From contig JAUIDR010000009.1 of the NCBI GenBank assembly GCA_030428565.1, positions 9,986-73,985 on the forward strand: 64,000 bases of DNA. Direction: 5' to 3'. The notes under the pieces are model-generated. The model did no database searches and had not been told where the DNA came from. It was given only the letters and a program-made list of their open reading frames with translations. Source of the DNA: Alphaproteobacteria bacterium. GTDB taxonomy: Bacteria > Pseudomonadota > Alphaproteobacteria > UBA7985 > JAUIBT01. Of the stretch, positions 57,846 through 64,000 are shown one piece after another. Within the stretch, counting starts at the first letter, position 1. Every line of letters starts with the position of its first letter. A program made the translations under genes and the position numbers.

Positions 57846-58337
57846 ATGACCCGCATCACCCCTTATATGACCAATCGCAATTTTGCGCTGCTGGCGCTGC
57901 TGCTCAGCGGTGGCATGCTGCTCGGCGCACTGGGATTTCAGTACTTGGGCGGCCTAGAGCCCTGCAAGCTCTGCATGATCCAGCGCTTCCCGCATGTGCT
58001 GATCCTAGCGGGCGCTGTGGATCTGTTGCTGTTTGGGCACGCGCGTTGGCTGGGCCGCATGGTGCTGGGCGCTCTGATCGTGCTCTATTTGATCAGCGCG
58101 GGATTGGGCATCTATCATACGGGGGTCGAGCAGCACTGGTGGGACAACGCCGTTAGCTGCGCGGGCGGCAAGTCGTTCGAGACTTTGGAAGACATGATGA
58201 ACCAGGAAATCGTGCGCTGCGATAAGCCAGCTTGGAGCTTGTTTGGCATCACCATGGCGGGCTACAACGCGCTGTTCTCTGCCGGTGCGGCTTTGTTGGG
58301 ACTGCTGGTCTTTGCTGTGGGCTTGAAGCGCGGATAA
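57846..58337 (+). CDS. dsbB: disulfide bond formation protein B
   Basis: It has four TM helices, a first-loop CKLC pair and a second-loop pair C...C (SCAGGKS...RCDKPAW). It is 163 aa. Confidence 0.8.
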   Translation: MTRITPYMTNRNFALLALLLSGGMLLGALGFQYLGGLEPCKLCMIQRFPHVLILAGAVDLLLFGHARWLGRMVLGALIVLYLISAGLGIYHTGVEQHWWDNAVSCAGGKSFETLEDMMNQEIVRCDKPAWSLFGITMAGYNALFSAGAALLGLLVFAVGLKRG

Positions 58338-58340
58338 CGC

Positions 58341-58822
58341 AAACCCCGAGGCTTGGAAGCCAAGCCGACGGTGGCTTTGCGGGACACCAGCGAAACCCCG
58401 AGGCTTGGAAGCCAAGCCGACGGTGGCTTTGCGAGACACCAGCGAAACCCCGAGGTTTGGAAGCCAAGCCGACGGTGGCTTTGCGAGACACCAGCGAAAC
58501 CTCGAGGCTTGGAAGCCAAGCCGACGGTGGCTTTGCGAGACACCAGCCAAAACCCGAGGCCTGGAAGCCAAGCCGACGGTGGCTTTGCGAGACACCAGCG
58601 AAACCCCGAGGCCTGGATGCCAAGCCGACGGTGGCTTTGCGAGACACCAGCGAAACCCCGAGGCTTGGAAGCCAAGCCGACGGTGGCTTTGCGGGACACC
58701 AGCGAAACCCCGAGGTTTGGAAGCCAAGCCGACGGTGGCTTTCCGAGACACCAGCCAAAACCCGAGGTTTGGAAGCCAAGCCGACGGTGGCTTTCCGAGA
58801 CACCAGCCAAAACCCGAGGCAT
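58341..58822. repeat. 52-bp tandem repeat array, 9.3 copies at at least 92% identity, each unit a hairpin (AAGCCA-N9-TGGCTT)
   Basis: Direct reading shows a period of exactly 52 nt (AAACCCCGAGGCTTGGAAGCCAAGCCGACGGTGGCTTTGCGAGACACCAGCG). There are no unique spacers, so it is not CRISPR. All six frames are open across it, which explains the long artefactual ORFs. Confidence 0.9.
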
Positions 58823-58844
58823 GGCGGTCAGGCCTGTTGGCGAG

Positions 58845-59405
58845 CTAGCCATCCAACTCCGAATCCCAATACAGATAATCCTGCCAGCTTTGGTGCAAGT
58901 CCGGGCGCGGCAAACAGCGGCCAGACTGGTAGAGTTGACGCGCGCTGGGCCGCCCTGGTTTGTGCGCAAGATGAAAGCCGCAGGCAGCCAGCGAGCGATT
59001 GGCCTTGGCGCGGTTGCAGCTCTGGCAAGCGGTCACGATGTTTTCCCAGCTTGTCTGCCCGCCGCGCGAGCGGGGCTTGACGTGATCAAAGGTCAGATCT
59101 TCGGTTGGCAGCTTGGTATGGCAATACTGGCAGGTAAAGCGATCTCTCAAGAAGACATTCAGGCGGGTAAAGGCCGGCCTGCGGTCCAAATTAATGTAAT
59201 CTTTGAGCGCAATCACGCTGGGCAGGCGCAGCTTGATTGTCGGCGAAGTCACCTCGCGGTCATAGGTGGCCACCACCATCACTCGGTCTTGAAAACAGGC
59301 CTTGAGGGCATCCTGCCAATGCCAGGTCGAGAGCGGATAATAGGACAAAGGGCGAAAGTCAGCGTTCAGAACCAGCGCAGGGTAGGCATCAAGACAAGCT
59401 GACAT
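58845..59405 (-). CDS. HNH endonuclease-family protein
   Basis: Contains the HNH core CQYCHTKL...FDHVKPRSRGG...NIVTACQSCN. It is 186 aa. Confidence 0.8.
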   Translation of the reverse strand: MSACLDAYPALVLNADFRPLSYYPLSTWHWQDALKACFQDRVMVVATYDREVTSPTIKLRLPSVIALKDYINLDRRPAFTRLNVFLRDRFTCQYCHTKLPTEDLTFDHVKPRSRGGQTSWENIVTACQSCNRAKANRSLAACGFHLAHKPGRPSARQLYQSGRCLPRPDLHQSWQDYLYWDSELDG

Positions 59406-59638
59406 GGCCGGGCCCTAACTGCCGTGAACCCGGTGCGGCGGCCAGGCAGCAACGCGCATCCTGGTCCAAGCCAGACGGTCAGATTGAAACGGCGGTGAGG
59501 CCTGCATCATCCCTCTTCCTGTTCCATCGTGTGAGCCTTTGACCATGAGACCAAAGCCAACGCGAGCAAGCAAGACCCAATTTTTCACGCTGTGCGCCCC
59601 TCTAGCGCCAGCGCGATCAACGCCATCGCGCCTTGCGG

Positions 59639-60373
59639 CTAGTCATCATCTCCCAATCCCGCCATGAAGTAGGCTGCGCGGCCTAGGCCCTGCTGATCAA
59701 TACCGTGCGCCAAGCCCTCGCAAGCATGGGTCTGAACGGGCACCTCAAGTTGTTCCAGCGCTTCTTTTGCCTGCCCTAAAGCTTTAAAGGGCACAATTGG
59801 GTCCAAAGTGCCGTGGACCAGCAAGACCGGCGGCTTGACCTTAATCTCGCTCGCGAGGCGCTGTGGTCCGGCAAGCGCTCCAGAAAAGCCTACCAGGCCA
59901 GCGGGCGCTTCGGGCAGCCGCAAACCGACCTCCAGCGTCATCATGCAGCCTTGTGAAAAACCGACCAAAATCAAGTCTTGCCACCCCAGCCCAGCGGCGG
60001 CTAGAGCCTTTTCCAAGAATGCGGTGAGGCCTGCACGGGCCTCTAGCGCGCCCTGGTCCTTTTCGTCGGCTGAGAGCGACATCAGCGGGAACCACTGGCG
60101 CCCCCCCATCATGCCGGGTTGCGGCGCGTTGGGCGACAGCCAGAGGCTGGGCCCCGGCACATGCGGTGCCAAGACCGGCGCCAAGCCGATCAAATCGTCC
60201 ATATCGGCGCCAAAGCCGTGCAACAGTACCACCAAGCGGCGCAGCGGCTGGCCAGCCGTGTCTTCATCGCGTGAGCGACTGTCGAACAGGCGGGCATCAT
60301 AGGGAAGACCCGCAAGAAGGACTTGCGGGTCTAGAGAAGCGGCCTGCTGGCCAGGTCGAACATTTTCGGTCAT
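59639..60373 (-). CDS. alpha/beta hydrolase, phospholipase/carboxylesterase family
   Basis: Contains LVVLLHGFGAD, the nucleophile elbow GFSQG and a C-terminal His region. It is 244 aa. Confidence 0.8.
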   Translation of the reverse strand: MTENVRPGQQAASLDPQVLLAGLPYDARLFDSRSRDEDTAGQPLRRLVVLLHGFGADMDDLIGLAPVLAPHVPGPSLWLSPNAPQPGMMGGRQWFPLMSLSADEKDQGALEARAGLTAFLEKALAAAGLGWQDLILVGFSQGCMMTLEVGLRLPEAPAGLVGFSGALAGPQRLASEIKVKPPVLLVHGTLDPIVPFKALGQAKEALEQLEVPVQTHACEGLAHGIDQQGLGRAAYFMAGLGDDD

Positions 60374-63153
60374 TGCTTCTTCAGTTCGTCAAACAGATCA
60401 TCGACCAACTGTTCTAACGGAGTGCCTTGCAAGCGCAAGACCCCAGCTCTTGCCTCTTCGGCCCAACGGCCATCGGGCCACTTGCGCAAATAGAACTCAT
60501 AGCCTTGGCGCGAATTGCGCTGGACCACATCGTCCCAGTCTTTGCGCTCCGAGCCGCGATAAGGACCGGTTCGCGCAGCCCGCACAAAGGCCGCGCGACC
60601 ATTGAGGCTAAAGCGGAACCATTGGTCGTCGCTGGTCTTGCCGTTGACCTGGATCGCGTCCTGAGCTTGCAGGCGTCCGACCCGAAGCACGTTGCCCTCG
60701 GGGGCATCAAAGACCCGCGTGCCATAGCGGGTAATGACCCGGATTTCTGGCGCCAAAGGCTGCACCTCAATGCTGGCGCCGCCAGACGAGCCGCCCGGGT
60801 CCATCAAGTGCGACAGGCGTACATAGCCTTCGCGGCCACCGCCACCACGCACGCTCACGCGCACCCAATCGCGGCCGTTGACCCGCGCCAACAAGCGCAC
60901 CGACCTGCCTTCGCTCAAGCTCAGCAAGCGCGCGGAGCGGCGGTCCGGACGCTCGAAGAGCCCCGTGGCCTGCTTGGTAATCATGCGGCCGTCCATAGGC
61001 GACTCACTGGGTCCGGTCAGGGCGCTCAGTTTGGCCCGCGCTTCATCTTCAAAAGCCGAGCCTGGGAAATCTCGCAAGAAGGCTTCCAGCTCAGACGCGC
61101 CGGGGTTGTCGCCCAGAGCCCGCCAAGCTTGCAGAGCCGAACCTTCATATTCCGAGAGCAAGCGCGCAAAGATATAACCTTCGCGGCGGACACCGCTGGT
61201 GCGTACGCGTACCCGCATCCATTGACGATCAGCGGTCAGCGAAATGCCATTGACGACGAGGTTGGCGGCCAAGGTATCCAGGATATCGCCGTCGCGACTG
61301 GGCGTTGAGCGCAGGCGCACTCGGCGTTCTGTATAGTAAGGCGCGTTGACGATAATGACCTCGGGCTCGTCAGGGGTCAGTTCATCCAAGCGCGCTTGCG
61401 CCAGAGCCGCGAACTGACTGGCGGCAAAGTTGGCCAAGAAGCGCAGGAAGACACGGCGATTATTGCTGTTCTTGATCTCTTCCCAAGCCTCGTAGTCGGA
61501 GCCAGCATAGACGGAGAGAACGCGCTTGAGCATGAAGCCCCGCCCGCCGCGGATTTCGACTTCGTACCAATTGGTACCAACGACCGCCCCCAAAACGGTG
61601 AGCTTTTGCAACGCTTCAAAGCGGCCAAGTCTGTTGCCTTCACTGCGTGAGGGGAAATCAAAGACCTGGGCATCACGATCCAGATAGTAGACCTGGTGGA
61701 TAGGGGTGATGCGCAGATTCGCAAGACGGCGGTCGCGATCGGCGGCGATGATCGCGGCGCGCTGTTGGCGGGCGCGATCGGCAAAACGACCGTCTGGGAA
61801 ACGCTGTAGGAAATTGTTCAATGCCGCCAAATCACCCGAGCCATCGACCGACTGCCAAGCCACGAACTCTGAGCCCGCTGCGGGTTCGACCAGGGAGGAG
61901 AAGATAAAGGCCTGCTGGCCGTTCGGCAGCTCGATCAAATACCACGATTGGCCGCTCACCTTGCCAATGACCGTCACTTGCGTATCGGTGCTGAGCGTTT
62001 GCACCCGATCAAAGTTGGTGCCCGGACCTTGGCGCGTGTTGGAATTACGACGGGTGATATAGGTTTGATTGATGTTGCTCAGCCGATAGGAATCGTAGAG
62101 GTCTGCGCGCGCCTGCCGGGCCTGAGCCGCATAAACCCCGCCGGGGTAGTCAACCAAATAGGCATCGTAACCCGCCAGCGCCTGGCTGGCCTGCGCTTGA
62201 TCCCAAGCTTCTTGTTCAGCCTGGCTGACAAAACCACCCACGGGGCCCGGGCCGGAAGTCACCAAGCCCGCCAGTGTCGTTGTGGATTGATAATCGAATG
62301 AGAGTTGAGGGCGTGTCGCGCCATTACTCCGTTGAGCGACCGAACTTGCGAGCGTTGATAGCGCCTCCATCAGATCCATACGGCCATCGCGTACCAAACT
62401 GGCCAAGAACAAATTGATAAACAGGCGGCTGCCGTTGGCGGTGTTGGGTTGCGCGCCAGATTGGGCGTGCAAAACGATCACATCGCGGCGGCCGATAGGC
62501 TCGCTCAATGCCGGGCTGACATCCAGCGCGCCGTCGCCAAGAACCAAGCGCGCATCGTCGGCCAAAGCATGGTCAAAGCCGGCATTGACCAGTAACGCCC
62601 CCGGCGCAGGCCCCGCGCCCAGTGCCATGACTACTGCGCTCAAATTCAGGGCCTTGGTGTGCAAATCAAACGGATTGCTCATTTCCGCATCGGTCGGCAG
62701 CGCATAGACGTGGCCGTCGACGCTCAGGCTGTGACCGGAATAGAAGACTAGGCGCTGTGAGGCGTCTTGCGAATCAGCAAAGAACTGGCCGACACCGGCA
62801 ATCAGCTCGGCCTGTTTGGCGTTCTCCACCCGTGAAACGCGGTAGCCCAGCGCGCGCAGCTCGAAGGCCAAATCACGGCCTTGGCGAATAGCGTCCGCGA
62901 CCGGCGGCAGACCGTCATAGCTCTGGTTTACGATCACCAAAGCGTGGGGAATGCGCAGACCTTGGGCTTGCGCACGACTGGCCCCGGGCCCAAACGCCAT
63001 CAGCGTCGCCAACAAGGCCAGAGCAAGCCAAAGGGCGGCTTGCCGCAAAATCGGGCCACGATCAAGCGCCTGCTGAACGACCTGCACACGCACGCGCGCT
63101 CGTCGCCGGGCTGGGCAAAGCTGGTGTCGGGCATTACAGTGAGAATCGCGCAT
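60370..63153 (-). CDS. large secreted multidomain protein: N-terminal caspase-like (peptidase C14) domain lacking the catalytic Cys, then repeated SH3b-like domains and helical W...YL..FP.G.FA..A hairpin repeats
   Basis: A signal-like hydrophobic segment (LWLALALLATLMAFGPGASRAQA) precedes the caspase motifs ALVIVNQSY and RLVFYSGHS. At the expected Cys position the sequence reads VIVLHAQSG. The mature protein has no Cys at all. SH3b-like modules occur three or more times. The true start is uncertain. Confidence 0.6.
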   Translation of the reverse strand: MRDSHCNARHQLCPARRRARVRVQVVQQALDRGPILRQAALWLALALLATLMAFGPGASRAQAQGLRIPHALVIVNQSYDGLPPVADAIRQGRDLAFELRALGYRVSRVENAKQAELIAGVGQFFADSQDASQRLVFYSGHSLSVDGHVYALPTDAEMSNPFDLHTKALNLSAVVMALGAGPAPGALLVNAGFDHALADDARLVLGDGALDVSPALSEPIGRRDVIVLHAQSGAQPNTANGSRLFINLFLASLVRDGRMDLMEALSTLASSVAQRSNGATRPQLSFDYQSTTTLAGLVTSGPGPVGGFVSQAEQEAWDQAQASQALAGYDAYLVDYPGGVYAAQARQARADLYDSYRLSNINQTYITRRNSNTRQGPGTNFDRVQTLSTDTQVTVIGKVSGQSWYLIELPNGQQAFIFSSLVEPAAGSEFVAWQSVDGSGDLAALNNFLQRFPDGRFADRARQQRAAIIAADRDRRLANLRITPIHQVYYLDRDAQVFDFPSRSEGNRLGRFEALQKLTVLGAVVGTNWYEVEIRGGRGFMLKRVLSVYAGSDYEAWEEIKNSNNRRVFLRFLANFAASQFAALAQARLDELTPDEPEVIIVNAPYYTERRVRLRSTPSRDGDILDTLAANLVVNGISLTADRQWMRVRVRTSGVRREGYIFARLLSEYEGSALQAWRALGDNPGASELEAFLRDFPGSAFEDEARAKLSALTGPSESPMDGRMITKQATGLFERPDRRSARLLSLSEGRSVRLLARVNGRDWVRVSVRGGGGREGYVRLSHLMDPGGSSGGASIEVQPLAPEIRVITRYGTRVFDAPEGNVLRVGRLQAQDAIQVNGKTSDDQWFRFSLNGRAAFVRAARTGPYRGSERKDWDDVVQRNSRQGYEFYLRKWPDGRWAEEARAGVLRLQGTPLEQLVDDLFDELKKQ

Positions 63154-63312
63154 GGCTAGTCTCCTTCCATTTGTCGTTTGCGCTTTTGTCTAGGACATGG
63201 GGCCTAGCGACCTTGATCCAGGTCTAATCGCGCGCGCCTAAACCAAAGCTGAACACAGCCGGGCCAGGCAGTAAAGCGCCAATATCTAGTTTGCTTTATC
63301 AACGCGGCTTTG

Positions 63313-63362
63313 TGATGGCGTTGTTCGCCATCAGATGAGGAAATCTATATTTATATATAAAT
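63313..63362. promoter_or_regulatory. two palindromes in a 690-bp intergenic region: TGATGGCG-N5-CGCCATCA (63313-63333) and ATTTATATATAAAT (63349-63362)
   Basis: Both are perfect inverted repeats upstream of the pseudo-caspase gene, in a locally AT-rich stretch. Confidence 0.35.
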
Positions 63363-63840
63363 CACAATGACTTAGCGACAAAATCCCACAGCTTGCTCCC
63401 GCGCTTAGCTTCATGTACCGCCTGGCTTGGCACGTGGCCCGCCCCAACTCTCAAAAACGCCCGCTGTTAAGCTCTTGGGATTTGGCGGGTGGTTTTGGCG
63501 GATGGTTTGTGTTTATCGCGCCTGGATCGGGCCCGGTTATGAGCCGCACCCGCCTAGCAGAGCAACGGACACAATAAAGGCACCCGGGCTACGCGTTGCT
63601 TGGCGAACCTAGGGCTCGCTTGGGGCCCCTGCCGCACGGCTGTTATTCGAGCTGCTGCGTAGCCATGTCAGCTTGCAAAAATTTGGATAAAGCGGTTACA
63701 AGGATCGGGGCTGGCGAGACTCGCTGACAGTGGCACTGATCGCCGCTGCGGACTTTTGGACGGGCCTGGTGCCGCGTTTCATGGCGCCTGTGCGACAAGC
63801 GATCGAGTGCTTGCCAAATATCAATGCAAAGGCGGTCCCA

Positions 63841-64000
63841 TGACGATCAAACCCTCGCAGACGCTCATTTTGGCGCTGCTCATCATTGTTCAGTTGGTCT
63901 GTGCACTGTTTTTTGCTTGGGATGTGAGCCGCGATTATTTTGAGATCGGCAACCAGAGCCTGCCCGATTTTCACCTGGCCATGGAAGCCGTTTCGGTCTT
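63841..64000 (+). CDS. membrane protein, 5' partial (continues beyond window end)
   Basis: After the ATG at 63841 comes a hydrophobic helix LILALLIIVQLVCALFFAW. The frame is still open at the window end. Confidence 0.45.

Noticed and set aside
58341-58822. CRISPR array hypothesis for the 52-bp repeats
   Set aside because: The units are contiguous and near-identical with no unique spacers, and no cas genes are nearby. It is a minisatellite-like tandem repeat.
58005-59402. Multiple long ORFs in several frames on both strands across 58005-59402 (e.g. 58232-59080, 58262-58969, 58353-59402)
   Set aside because: They arise from the 52-bp tandem array. Its period is not a multiple of 3 and the unit has no stop in any frame. 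The translated 'proteins' are frame-shifted repeats of the same DNA.

Overview
This is a 64-kb, GC-rich (about 60-65%) chromosomal window that looks alphaproteobacterial. The signatures are DUF4170/DUF1737 proteins, an NDUFA9-like SDR, a dimethylglycine-dehydrogenase-type enzyme and OmpR/EnvZ, with a possible marine Rhodobacterales flavour. It is mostly housekeeping and catabolic genes. (1) Coordinates 1-6.6 kb hold a thiolase 3' end, two tandem HAD hydrolases, an NDUFA9-like SDR, tRNA-Leu(CAG), a Gfo/Idh/MocA oxidoreductase and a GMC oxidoreductase. (2) Coordinates 6.8-14.5 kb hold an unusual cytoplasmic wHTH plus ABC-type solute-binding-domain fusion regulator next to a ribose-type sugar ABC transporter (SBP, two permeases, ATPase) and a second Gfo/Idh/MocA dehydrogenase. 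(3) Coordinates 14.9-19.2 kb hold a polyamine-type ABC transporter in the order permease-permease-Tat-SBP-(stem-loop gap)-ATPase. (4) After that come uvrB, a DAO-type FAD oxidoreductase, guanine deaminase, a second GMC oxidoreductase, a DUF3299 protein, an ACAD-fold flavin monooxygenase-like protein and a TrhP/YegQ-type U32 protein with a Cys-rich tail. (5) At about 31.0-31.8 kb a strongly AT-rich (about 35% GC) orphan membrane-protein gene is embedded in GC-rich DNA. (6) Then follow a gamma-carbonic anhydrase, a DMGDH-type FAD/GcvT fusion, an aminotransferase, a CocE/NonD hydrolase plus FAD oxidoreductase operon, a DMT transporter, a class II aldolase, a LysR regulator and argE. (7) At 46.1-49.4 kb sits a 1074-aa self-sufficient reductive dehalogenase: an RdhA-like cobalamin/2x[4Fe-4S] domain fused to a PDR-like flavin reductase with a [2Fe-2S] ferredoxin (BhbA-like), with a catechol 2,3-dioxygenase and a Sel1-repeat protein nearby. 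(8) The last stretch holds ompR/envZ-like, marR, ilvE, yqaA, dsbB, an HNH endonuclease, an esterase and a 927-aa secreted Cys-free pseudo-caspase/SH3b repeat protein. The non-coding signals that stand out are a 105-110-bp hairpin-forming repeat family and a 52-bp tandem array. The repeat family is MITE/REP-like and has 5 copies in both orientations. Two copies donate the stop codon of the upstream gene, and one also donates the last six codons. The tandem array has 9.3 units and is not CRISPR. It sits in the convergent gap between dsbB and the HNH gene. Several palindromic operator candidates are also present. Many long antisense ORFs in the six-frame track are GC-driven artefacts.
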